From an uncultured archaeon (lineage in GTDB: Archaea > Asgardarchaeota > Thorarchaeia > Thorarchaeales > Thorarchaeaceae): a stretch of 31,281 bases of DNA. Where the stretch lies: NCBI GenBank assembly GCA_964458565.1, contig CAYWJO010000042.1, forward strand, positions 1-31,281, written 5' to 3'. The notes under the pieces were generated by a model that was not told where the DNA came from, searched no databases, and saw only the letters and a program-made list of their open reading frames with translations. How positions within the stretch are numbered: the first letter of the stretch is position 1; the number at the start of each line of letters is the position of its first letter. The position numbers and the translations under genes were made by a program. Of this stretch, positions 1 to 8,565 are shown in pieces.

Positions 1-2
1 TG

Positions 3-89
3 TATGCTGATTATCCTGAAACTCCAGAAGGTCTTGAAGCATGGAAGAATCGTTTATGGCCAATCTATGATGCAGCAAAACAAGCTTGA
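3..89 (+). CDS. 3' end of a gene truncated by the window edge; likely geranylgeranyl-reductase-family FAD oxidoreductase
   Basis: Frame 3 reads YADYPETPEGLEAWKNRLWPIYDAAKQA-stop (TGA 87-89). The YxxYPxxPxxLxxW pattern resembles, from memory, the C-terminus of archaeal GGR-family flavoproteins. Only 28 aa are visible. Confidence 0.45.
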   Translation, partial: YADYPETPEGLEAWKNRLWPIYDAAKQA

Positions 90-1045
90 ACCCAGGTGAT
101 GAAGACAGAATGCGTGTCCTCGGAGAAGCGCGAGGGATTCTACTCTATGCGCCAGAGGACGCATACCTATCCTTCTACAATAGTCCATATGTAGGACACA
201 AGACATCCAAAGCAGTAGATATCTATCCAAGGCATGGGGAATGGAATGGAAGTTCATACTCTCCAATTGATGGAACAGTATCGAAAATACAATTAATCAA
301 AATGGGACGTGGTCGAGGATTTCCAAGTGCTGATTTTGATTATGGTATTGGAATCACTCCTGATGGCTATGATGATATTATTGTTAGAATACTACACACT
401 AAACCTGATGTGATAGAAGGTGATCGGGTAGAGCGAGGTGACTGCATTGGGAATATACTTCGGTCTCGATATTTCAACTATTGGACTGGTCCTCACTATC
501 ATGTCGAAATTTTACCTGCTAGTGATTTTAGTCGTTCAACACAATCTTTTCCGATGATGCCAAACATCTCCCCGCTTACTGAAACGAAATCTGATGAAGA
601 ACAATCTTCAGAGTATGAAATCGAACTTTCCACCATCCATGAAGATTATCTTATTGGATTCTCTCAAAGTATTCCATATGGCATGACAAATCAAATGATG
701 GGTCACCTTGGTTTTTTGGATTCATCATCTTCTTATGGCATACTTGATACTGGAATCCCACATTACAAGATTGGCGGCTTACATTCAGTTGAGGTTAATT
801 TCGAGAATGTAATTTTCTGTGATGTAATTATTGGTTCATCTTTAAATGATGGCACGCTTTTCTCCATTTCAAAGACAATTTCTCCTCACCTTGATTCAAA
901 TCAACTGAAGGGAATCTCTTTCTTCTTATACCCCAAATGTTTGGCGAACAAGGGGCGACCACCGATTATATTGATACCAAATGAACAAGGTCAACTTGTT
1001 GGCTCATATCAAGAAGGTGATGTAGCAATCTTAAACATGACTTAG
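86..1045 (+). CDS. Archaeal M23/LytM-like Zn-metallohydrolase domain protein (function unknown)
   Basis: SFYNSPYVGH-KTSKAVDIYP, SPIDGTV, RILH, V.EGDRVERGDCIG and TGPHYHVEI match the M23 His/Asp and HxH Zn motifs. No signal peptide is visible. The true start may be ATG 110 (AGGTGA at 94-99). Confidence 0.6.
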   Translation: MNPGDEDRMRVLGEARGILLYAPEDAYLSFYNSPYVGHKTSKAVDIYPRHGEWNGSSYSPIDGTVSKIQLIKMGRGRGFPSADFDYGIGITPDGYDDIIVRILHTKPDVIEGDRVERGDCIGNILRSRYFNYWTGPHYHVEILPASDFSRSTQSFPMMPNISPLTETKSDEEQSSEYEIELSTIHEDYLIGFSQSIPYGMTNQMMGHLGFLDSSSSYGILDTGIPHYKIGGLHSVEVNFENVIFCDVIIGSSLNDGTLFSISKTISPHLDSNQLKGISFFLYPKCLANKGRPPIILIPNEQGQLVGSYQEGDVAILNMT

Positions 1046-1047
1046 CA

Positions 1048-2082
1048 TTGAAAAGGGAAGTGCATACAGGTGAGTCAAGAAAATTGAAAAAATATTCTCC
1101 TGAAAAAGTTCGGATTTCAATAGGTACTGCAATGCAGCTGAAATTAGAACCAGGATTGATCGATCCAAATTTCTCGACTGCGTTTATTATGACATACCAT
1201 GAGGGTGGTTGCTCAGCAAACTGTGCTTTTTGTCCTCAGGCTCGTGAGAGCTCTTCATCGCCTCATCTGTTATCGAGGATTGGGTGGCCTGAATACAAAT
1301 TTAGCGATGTCATTGGAAAACTTGAACTTACTCAGAATTTCAAGAGGGTCTGTATACAATGTCTGAATTATGATGATGTTGTTGACGATGTGTGTAAGAT
1401 TGCTAAGCACATTAAACAGGTTGCAGATCTACCGATTTCTGTTTGTATTCACCCAATAGATATGGATTCAATGATACGAGTTAAGGATGCAGGGATTCAA
1501 AGAATTGGAATTGCATTTGATGCATGTACACCGAAACTGTTTGATGAGATCAAAGGTAAAAATAGAGGTTCTACCTACACTTGGGATAATCATTCAAATA
1601 CAATAGAAACCGCGCTCTCAATTTTTGGTTCTGGTAGAGTTACAACACATCTCATCATCGGTCTAGGAGAATCTGAAAAAGAGGCTGTTGATTTTCTTTT
1701 CGATATGAGAGAAAAAAAAGTTACAGTAGGACTTTTTGCATTCACAAGTGTACGAGGTACATCTTTAGAAAACCACGAATCTCCTGACCTAGCTCAGTAT
1801 CGGAGAATACAGATAATTCGCTATCTGATAGCCAACGGGAAAGTGGCTAAAAGTAATATTCATTATTGTGATAATGGTGAGGTGAGACTTAAGATGGTTA
1901 ATGAAGAACTTTCCTCACTTTTACAGAATGGTCAGGCTTTCCAAGTATCCGGTTGTCCAGGATGTAACCGTCCATATTATAACGAACGACCGAATGGACC
2001 TATGTTCAACTTTCCACGAAAATTAGACCTTGCTGAAAGTCAAGTGGCGATGCAGGAGAGTATCATATTAAATGACTGTTGA
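1048..2082 (+). CDS. lipS2: Radical SAM protein, LipS2-type archaeal lipoyl synthase subunit
   Basis: CxxxCxxC (CSANCAFC) plus C-terminal SGCPGCNRP, matching the TxGCPxC(N/D)RP motif of the LipS1/LipS2 system. It overlaps the lipoate ligase gene. The start may be TTG 1084 (AGGTGA at 1068-1073). Confidence 0.8.
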   Translation: MKREVHTGESRKLKKYSPEKVRISIGTAMQLKLEPGLIDPNFSTAFIMTYHEGGCSANCAFCPQARESSSSPHLLSRIGWPEYKFSDVIGKLELTQNFKRVCIQCLNYDDVVDDVCKIAKHIKQVADLPISVCIHPIDMDSMIRVKDAGIQRIGIAFDACTPKLFDEIKGKNRGSTYTWDNHSNTIETALSIFGSGRVTTHLIIGLGESEKEAVDFLFDMREKKVTVGLFAFTSVRGTSLENHESPDLAQYRRIQIIRYLIANGKVAKSNIHYCDNGEVRLKMVNEELSSLLQNGQAFQVSGCPGCNRPYYNERPNGPMFNFPRKLDLAESQVAMQESIILNDC

Positions 2083-2845
2083 TGAGCTTCGATTTCTCCC
2101 TTTGGAAACAAATAGTGCCTTTGAGAACATGGCAATCGATGAATCTATTATGAACTCCATGAGAGATGGGAATGTTCCACCCACATTTAGACTTTACAGA
2201 TGGAAGCCCTCCGCTGTTTCTATCGGTACCTTTCAGGGTATGAGTGAAGAAGTAGATCTTGCCTATTGTAAAAGGAAGAACATTGACTATATCCGTAGAA
2301 TAACAGGTGGTGGAGCTGTGTACCATGACTATGATGGTGAGGTGACATATAGCATCATTTTACCAAAAGGCCATCGTTTAGTTCCAGATGACATAATTGA
2401 ATCCTACAAGGTCCTCTGCAGTGGGATTATTGCTGGTCTTTCAAGATTAGGGATTGATTCTGAATTCAAACCAATCAATGATGTTATTGCGGGTGGACGT
2501 AAAATCTCTGGGAATGCTCAGACTCGTCGCCATAGATGTGTACTTCAACATGGAACGATTCTCCTTGATCTTGATGTTAGAGTAATGTTTTCTGTTCTAA
2601 AAGTTCCAGAAGAAAAAATATCGGATAAGATGATTGCAGATGTGAAAGAACGTGTCACTTCAATACGTGAGATGCTAAATAAACGTGTAAGTATAAATGA
2701 TTTAGCAGCAGCTTTGGAAGCTGGTTTTGCAGAATCACTTGATATTGAACTGATACCAGGGTCGTTGACAGATGAGGAGCGACAATATGTTGAAACATTC
2801 CGGAAGAACAAGTATAGCACTGATGATTGGAATCTCTCAAGATAG
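2072..2845 (+). CDS. lplA: Lipoate/octanoate-protein ligase, catalytic (BPL/LplA/LipM family) domain
   Basis: NMAIDE, RLYRW.P.AVSIG, RRITGGGAVYHD, ND...GRKISGNAQ and LQHGT motifs. Confidence 0.9.
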   Translation: MTVDELRFLPLETNSAFENMAIDESIMNSMRDGNVPPTFRLYRWKPSAVSIGTFQGMSEEVDLAYCKRKNIDYIRRITGGGAVYHDYDGEVTYSIILPKGHRLVPDDIIESYKVLCSGIIAGLSRLGIDSEFKPINDVIAGGRKISGNAQTRRHRCVLQHGTILLDLDVRVMFSVLKVPEEKISDKMIADVKERVTSIREMLNKRVSINDLAAALEAGFAESLDIELIPGSLTDEERQYVETFRKNKYSTDDWNLSR

Positions 2846-2859
2846 AGGGTGATGAATAA

Positions 2860-3135
2860 ATGAAGAAGAGCACATACAAGGTTCCTGGTGGAAAGCTCTT
2901 GAAAATCTCACTTGAGGAAAATAACGGTGTTATCCAGCGAATTCAGATAATGGGCGATTTCTTTTTACATCCTGAAGAATCCATAGTTGAATTAGAAGAA
3001 ATTCTCGTGGGTGCTGAATTGAATCAAAACAAATTGTCCGAAACAATACAATCCTTCCTTGATAATCCTGACATTATTTTGATTGGTGCTTCTTCCGCTG
3101 ATATTGCAAAAGCAATCATTTTAGCAGATAACTAA
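2860..3135 (+). CDS. lplB: Lipoate-protein ligase accessory C-terminal domain (LplB-like, stand-alone)
   Basis: KVPGGK...I.GDFFLHPEE.I.ELE..L.G signature, 91 aa, directly after the catalytic-domain gene; GGGTGAT RBS upstream. Confidence 0.85.
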   Translation: MKKSTYKVPGGKLLKISLEENNGVIQRIQIMGDFFLHPEESIVELEEILVGAELNQNKLSETIQSFLDNPDIILIGASSADIAKAIILADN

Positions 3136-3140
3136 CCCCT

Positions 3141-4823
3141 TCAATATCTTGCCTTATACTTGAATTGAGCTTCAAATATCGCTCTCAATGTTTTCAAGGA
3201 GGTTGCATCCTCCACATTCTTATCCTCACGAATTCCTATAATTCTAGCAAATCTTAGTGCCATTCTGGATTCATAAGTTGGGCTGTCCTGTATTTCATCT
3301 GCAAGAACCTCTACCACTACTTCAGGTTTTACAAAGACTATTCCCCTTTCTCTTCTGGTTTCCAGCTCAAGCAACCTTGCAGTCATTATTTCAAATTCCT
3401 TGTCTGTTAGACCTTTGAACGTCTTGCCAATTTCCCAATATTTACCGGTTTCATGATCTCTTACTGCAAGGTGATAATCTGATAACCAGGCGCTTCTTCG
3501 TCCATACCCCCATTCAGCTGCAATAATAACAAGGTCCAATGTATCAAGTGTATGCTTCAGTTTATACCACATCTTACCTCTATTTCCAGGTCTATATGGT
3601 GAATCGATTTTCTTTGCTATAATTCCTTCATGACCTTCTAATTTTGTTCTCTCGAAAAACATCTCTGCTTCAGACAGGTCATGTGGGTAGGTTGCTTGAA
3701 TTAGACAGCTAGAATCAACAATTTCTTCTAACTTCTCTCTCCTCTTGTTATATTCTAAATCAATAGTGTCTTGTCCATTGTGTTTCAGAATGTCGAACAC
3801 CACAAGATCAATCTTGATATCTTTAATCTCAGAATCTTGTTGATCTGTTCTACCATATCTTCTCATGATCACCTGAAATGGATATGGTTTACCATTATCA
3901 GCTACTGCTATCACCTCAGCATCAAGAATGATGCCATTGGCATTGATTCGGTGATTGATAACTTCGATAACCTCAGGAAGTGAATCTGTCACCTCTTCAA
4001 GCCTTCGTGAGTATAATCGGATGTCATATCCTTGTTTGTGGATTTGAATGCGCGCTCCATCGAATTTAGTTTCAAATGCAAACTCATGTTCATTATCAAT
4101 TATTTGAGCGAGACTTTCAGCTGGTGTAGCTAGCATTGGTTTTACAGGGTGAAAGTACTCGATTCGCAGTTTATTGAGACCCCGTTCACCTTCCAACTTT
4201 GCTATCCTTGCTACAACTCCGAGATTTCCTGTAAAACTCCATACTCTTCTGACTAGACTTGGATTAATCTCAAAAGCAGATGCAATAGCCTCTGCTAAGA
4301 GTCCATCTAATACTCCTGTACGCATGTCTCCAGATATCAACGAAACGATGTATTTTGCTTCTCTGGGAGATGCATCTTGGAAAAGTTGTACCATTAGATC
4401 TTCCTTTTGTCGCTTCGAGCCAGATCCTGATAACTCTGATATTTTATCGAAAGTAGAATTTATTGAGATAACTGTTAATTCTTCTCTGAATAATGATGTT
4501 TGTTTTGTATATTCATCAGAACCAAGAAGGTCCTCAATTGTGGTACCAAAATCTCCTGAATACCTTTTATCAAAGTCGGACTGAGAAAATTGAATCACTC
4601 TCCCTAGAGCATCCATTACTCCTTTCCAAGAAAGGTTCAATTTTCTTGTACTACTTTCTGGAAAAACTCTACCTGCTAGGTATGAGCAAGCTATCTCGAG
4701 TTCAGATGTTTCAAGAGCTTGAAGAAAACCTGAGAGTATTTTGATCTTCTTATTTTTACTCCTGGTTACAGATATTTCATCCAGCACTTCTGATAATCTC
4801 TGAAATGTTGTCATTTGTAGCAA
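3141..4823 (-). CDS. lig: ATP-dependent DNA ligase (archaeal type)
   Basis: KPMLA, motif I ETKFDGARIQIH, LDAE, FDIL, EGIIAK, W.KLK, DLVII and LRFAR...IREDK. The start may be ATG 4814. Confidence 0.96.
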   Translation of the reverse strand: MLQMTTFQRLSEVLDEISVTRSKNKKIKILSGFLQALETSELEIACSYLAGRVFPESSTRKLNLSWKGVMDALGRVIQFSQSDFDKRYSGDFGTTIEDLLGSDEYTKQTSLFREELTVISINSTFDKISELSGSGSKRQKEDLMVQLFQDASPREAKYIVSLISGDMRTGVLDGLLAEAIASAFEINPSLVRRVWSFTGNLGVVARIAKLEGERGLNKLRIEYFHPVKPMLATPAESLAQIIDNEHEFAFETKFDGARIQIHKQGYDIRLYSRRLEEVTDSLPEVIEVINHRINANGIILDAEVIAVADNGKPYPFQVIMRRYGRTDQQDSEIKDIKIDLVVFDILKHNGQDTIDLEYNKRREKLEEIVDSSCLIQATYPHDLSEAEMFFERTKLEGHEGIIAKKIDSPYRPGNRGKMWYKLKHTLDTLDLVIIAAEWGYGRRSAWLSDYHLAVRDHETGKYWEIGKTFKGLTDKEFEIMTARLLELETRRERGIVFVKPEVVVEVLADEIQDSPTYESRMALRFARIIGIREDKNVEDATSLKTLRAIFEAQFKYKARY

Positions 4824-4896
4824 TTTTAATAGATTACGGACATTGATTAGAATTTTGGCTCTGGAAAGAAAGATATAGTATGAATACTATCAACAA

Positions 4897-5385
4897 TTGA
4901 TAACGATGAGCGATGCGGAATATCTTCAAGATAAGAAAATTCAAAAAATGGAAGAGGACTCAAAGAAATTCAAGGAGCGAATGCGGCAAATTGAAAGTGA
5001 ACTCCCTGGTACAGAACAGAGACTTGATGCTGAAGTCCAACGACATCGTGCAGTAGCTGTATCAAAGAAGGAATCTTTTGAACAATTCAGGAGACAGGCA
5101 CAGGCTGCAGAAAAAGATTGGAAAACTGCTGATAAGCTCTTTCAGAAGGCACAGAAGGACAAGAAACAAACCTTGGATTCCCTCCAAAAGGAACACAAGG
5201 CTATGCAGAAGCGAATTGCTGATGCTAAGAAAGCCCGTGAAAAAAGAATCCGAGAAATCGAAAACGCAAAGAAAAAAGAAGTTGACAAGGCAAAGAAAGC
5301 TAAAGAACAGGAAATGGAAGATCTAAAACGAAAGGAAGTTCAACGAACTGAGGAAGAAAAGAAACGAGAACTCGGAGTAAGCTAA
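4897..5385 (+). CDS. Highly charged all-helical coiled-coil protein, unknown function
   Basis: 162 aa, K/E/R/Q/A-rich, almost no Gly or Pro; divergent from lig. Confidence 0.75.
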   Translation: MITMSDAEYLQDKKIQKMEEDSKKFKERMRQIESELPGTEQRLDAEVQRHRAVAVSKKESFEQFRRQAQAAEKDWKTADKLFQKAQKDKKQTLDSLQKEHKAMQKRIADAKKAREKRIREIENAKKKEVDKAKKAKEQEMEDLKRKEVQRTEEEKKRELGVS

Positions 5386-5403
5386 TCAATCTCATTTGGA
5401 GGG

Positions 5404-6393
5404 TTGGAGATGAATGCATATTTCACCATTGTATTATTAGGTGTAGTTCTGTTCTATGTGGTTTGGGGTTTGGGATGGCTACTGGAAAAGATGTCATATA
5501 CGATTCTTAATGTGACCAGAAATCCCGGATCACGAGCTTGGTATCTTCTTGTAGGACCAGGAGTAGCTCTTCATGAAAGCTCACATGCGCTAGGCTGCAT
5601 ATTCACAAGGACGAAGATTGTTGAATTCAAGCCAATCAATATTACTGTTCAGGAAGACCAAGTAGTACTAGGCTATGTTAAGTACATCAATCCGAAAAGC
5701 ACACTAAAACGCGCAGTTATTAATCTGGCTCCTGTGGCTGTTTCATTAATACTCTTGGTATTTGTAGCTCTAATAGCGTCATACCTGGTACCTGTTGAGT
5801 ATAGAACTGGAGCTGGGGGTGCAGCCTTGGATCTGCTTTCTAACCTGCTGGAAATGAAATACATTCCCTCAACAGATATGTTAGAACCCTTATGGCAAAT
5901 CGGTAGCTTTGTTTACACTTTCTTCTATGACTTTGCAGGATTAACTGTATTGAATCCGATGTTTTGGATTGTATCATTTCTTGCTATGACTATAATGTTT
6001 AGTAACGCCCCTTCAGATGTTGATATAGTAAATGCTGGTCAGGGTCTGAAGTATATAATGATCTTCAATCTTATCTGGCTTGTATTAGCTGCGTTCATCC
6101 CTGAGGTTGGGATTATAGCGTTCGGTCTCTATGAATTACTTGCAGTTCTTTTTGCCTTAGCAATAGGGTTTGCTGCAGTCGCGTATGGTTTCTTCCTACT
6201 GATTACTGCCATGGGTAAGCTAAAAGCCCCATACAATCTCTTACCATTCCTGTCTATGATGATTGCAGGAATATTGCTTACATACCTGCCAATTGGTACC
6301 CCACAATTACATACAATTATTGCAGTCGTCGTTTTTGCAATTGTTGCATTATTACTTCTATCAATTCGAAGTCTTCATTCATCTCGTGAATGA
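5404..6393 (+). CDS. Multi-pass membrane Zn-metalloprotease-like protein (M50-like/zincin)
   Basis: PGVALHESSH (HExxH) next to a hydrophobic segment, LGYV, NLAP and a later NAPSDVD (candidate third ligand Asp); about 7-9 hydrophobic helices. Confidence 0.7.
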   Translation: MEMNAYFTIVLLGVVLFYVVWGLGWLLEKMSYTILNVTRNPGSRAWYLLVGPGVALHESSHALGCIFTRTKIVEFKPINITVQEDQVVLGYVKYINPKSTLKRAVINLAPVAVSLILLVFVALIASYLVPVEYRTGAGGAALDLLSNLLEMKYIPSTDMLEPLWQIGSFVYTFFYDFAGLTVLNPMFWIVSFLAMTIMFSNAPSDVDIVNAGQGLKYIMIFNLIWLVLAAFIPEVGIIAFGLYELLAVLFALAIGFAAVAYGFFLLITAMGKLKAPYNLLPFLSMMIAGILLTYLPIGTPQLHTIIAVVVFAIVALLLLSIRSLHSSRE

Positions 6394-6474
6394 GAGTGGC
6401 AAGAATCAAAATCTCTATGGTGATGCTGCCCAGAGTGCGTGCAGGGCAGAGATGAAACTCTGATTCATGCCGCC
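6375..6474. ncRNA. Candidate structured small RNA (long imperfect hairpin plus short hairpin)
   Basis: GTGGCAAGAATCA (6396-6408) pairs with TGATTCATGCCGC (6461-6473); ATCTCT/AGAGAT and CTGCCC/GGGCAG pair inside; TCATTCA/TGAATGA at 6375-6393. A minus-strand TATA-like TTTATAAT lies at 6501-6494. Confidence 0.35.
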
Positions 6475-6541
6475 TATATACTGACCGTATTTTATTATAA
6501 ATTCGCACTTTTCTATGTAATACGTATTATGATATTTCTAA

Positions 6542-6904
6542 ATGTTCCATCATATCCTGATATCTATGGTCAAAGTTGAAGTAGTGCGTCGTCCTTCCTT
6601 AGATAATCCCAAGTCATTCTTGGGCTATCTATTCTTCACAAAGATGCAGGTAGATCAAGCTGCAAAAATTCTAAACATGATTATATCCTCTGCTGAACCA
6701 ATAAATGAAACTGAATGGGAGAAATTTGTACTAACAAGTAGAGGACTGTATGTAAAGGTTATGAGGAAATTGAGAGATTTCGGGATTGTAGAGAAGGCCC
6801 TTGGTATATACTCTCTGTCTGAACAGTTTTCGAACGCCTTGGTAAAAATGGCGGAATATTGGCGAGATATTTGTCTGTCTAATGATAAGGTTCATGAATT
6901 CTAG
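6542..6904 (+). CDS. Small winged-helix-like hypothetical protein
   Basis: SRGLYVKVMRKLRDFGIVEK...YSLSEQF resembles a wHTH recognition helix plus wing. The start may be the second Met (MVKVEV). Confidence 0.6.
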   Translation: MFHHILISMVKVEVVRRPSLDNPKSFLGYLFFTKMQVDQAAKILNMIISSAEPINETEWEKFVLTSRGLYVKVMRKLRDFGIVEKALGIYSLSEQFSNALVKMAEYWRDICLSNDKVHEF

Positions 6905-6911
6905 ACAAAAT

Positions 6912-8498
6912 CTAATCTAGCTTCACTTCACCTTCTTTAATCTCAATATCCTTCAGTGTTGAAATTGCCTTTTCACCCTGAATTCTGATTACGCCTAATT
7001 TTTCAAGTTCTCGTGCATGTTTCGTAGCAAGTCCGACAGGTATTCCTAGTGATTTACCAAGTTCAGTAAATGACATAGAACCGACTTCATCCACAAGAAG
7101 TAAAACTTTCGTATTCGCTTCGATTCCGAGAACCTTGATGTAACGCTTGGTTCTTTCCTGAGCTAGATCCCTCTGTTCTAAGGCCATATCTCGTTCTTTT
7201 TCCATAAGCCGTGTTGCCTTTTCGAATGCCTCCTTCTGCATCTCTACAATAGTCACTTTCTCATCGGCTTCTTTGGATTGTTGCTCTAGCTCGTAAACCT
7301 TCTCTTCTAGGTCTTTGACTTCTTTGATTTTATCAGAGTATTTGTCAAGTTCATCTAGCCGTTTCTTAGCTTCTTCTTCTGCAGAAGCTTTGTCCTTCTT
7401 CGTCTGAGTTATCTCTGCTTCAAGTTCTTTGACTTTCAATTGAAGAGTTTCTGATTCGGTTCGTTTCTCTTCTACCGCCTTCTCAAGAAGCGATATTTTA
7501 TCTTCTAATGCATCTAATTCTGCTGCAGAGGCTACTGCGACTGGCAAAGCTTCTTTTTCTGCTTTATACACTTGAAAAGCTGTTTCGACTTCGCCAAGTT
7601 TAAGCCGGACTTCTTCTGTTTCTTTCCTAGCTTCTTCGGCTTCTGTTGTTCGTGTAGTAACTATCCCGTCTTTTCGAAATATTTCTTGTTTGAATCCTTC
7701 AATTTGAGTTTCCAAGTCTCCGATTTTTCTAGTCAACTCATCTTGGATGGATTTGGCATCTTTTGTTTCATCGAATGATGCCTGTAATTCCTTTATTTGC
7801 TTCTCAAGTTTGAGAATTTCAACATCTTTATCTGATAGTTCGTCTGTTTGTGCCACGGCATCAGTTTCGAGACTCTGCATAAACGATCTTACTATATCTT
7901 GTTGTTCCACAATTGTCGATCGTAAGTCCATCTCAGACTCTCGAACCCTTGATGCAAATTCCTTGAAACGTTCTTGCGTTTGTTCGACGATTTTATCTAC
8001 TAGTTCCTTTTCAAGTGCTGCAAATTCTCCATCTACAATGTCTACAAAAGTGGTTTCTATAAAACTCTTGAAGAATTTCATCTTCAATCGTTCTACCATC
8101 TCTTCAGAGATACGAGATTTTAATTCGACGACTTTACCCCTGAAGGTCAATAACTGTGCTGCAAATACTCCAACCACACCTCTCTGAAGGGATGAGATAT
8201 CAGACCGAAGGTTTTCTAATTTAGCTAGAAGTGCATCAAAACCAGCAACTGCATCCAGGTCCTTATCATCTGATGGTGCATCAGGTGTTTCAAGACTATC
8301 TACAAAATCCAATGCGTCTGCTGCGGCTGAAAGAAGATCTTCTGTTCCATCAACTGGAACAATAACTTCTCCTGATTCATCCTCACCTACAGCTATCCGC
8401 TGTATGTCAGCGTCCGTCAGAGCTGCATCCTTGAATGCATCATGGAGCTTTTCTTTCTCCTTGTCTGTTAGTTTTTCATCATGGGGCATCATTATCAC
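6912..8498 (-). CDS. Long coiled-coil protein with acidic N-terminus and C-terminal winged-helix domain
   Basis: About 350 aa of E/K/L heptad-rich sequence, then KVLLLVDEVGSMSFTELGKSLGIPVGLATKHARELEKLGVIRI (wHTH pattern). No Walker motif. Confidence 0.8.
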   Translation of the reverse strand: MIMMPHDEKLTDKEKEKLHDAFKDAALTDADIQRIAVGEDESGEVIVPVDGTEDLLSAAADALDFVDSLETPDAPSDDKDLDAVAGFDALLAKLENLRSDISSLQRGVVGVFAAQLLTFRGKVVELKSRISEEMVERLKMKFFKSFIETTFVDIVDGEFAALEKELVDKIVEQTQERFKEFASRVRESEMDLRSTIVEQQDIVRSFMQSLETDAVAQTDELSDKDVEILKLEKQIKELQASFDETKDAKSIQDELTRKIGDLETQIEGFKQEIFRKDGIVTTRTTEAEEARKETEEVRLKLGEVETAFQVYKAEKEALPVAVASAAELDALEDKISLLEKAVEEKRTESETLQLKVKELEAEITQTKKDKASAEEEAKKRLDELDKYSDKIKEVKDLEEKVYELEQQSKEADEKVTIVEMQKEAFEKATRLMEKERDMALEQRDLAQERTKRYIKVLGIEANTKVLLLVDEVGSMSFTELGKSLGIPVGLATKHARELEKLGVIRIQGEKAISTLKDIEIKEGEVKLD

Positions 8499-8565
8499 CC
8501 AAGAATTTGCACGATTGGAATATGCATCGAGGCCATGTATAAGGTTTGCGAGTTTGTTATTGGAA

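Noticed and set aside
6391-6474. Selenocysteine readthrough of the protease TGA (frame continues ...W-TGA-CCPEC) with the hairpin as a SECIS
   Set aside because: The helix is too short for a SECIS and overlaps the would-be codons, and the extension does not look protein-like.
6394-6474. tRNA or hammerhead ribozyme reading of the hairpin
   Set aside because: No T-loop or cloverleaf, and the CUGAnGA core is not intact.
6912-8498. SMC/Rad50 assignment for the long coiled-coil protein
   Set aside because: No Walker A/B, signature motif, hinge or Zn hook.
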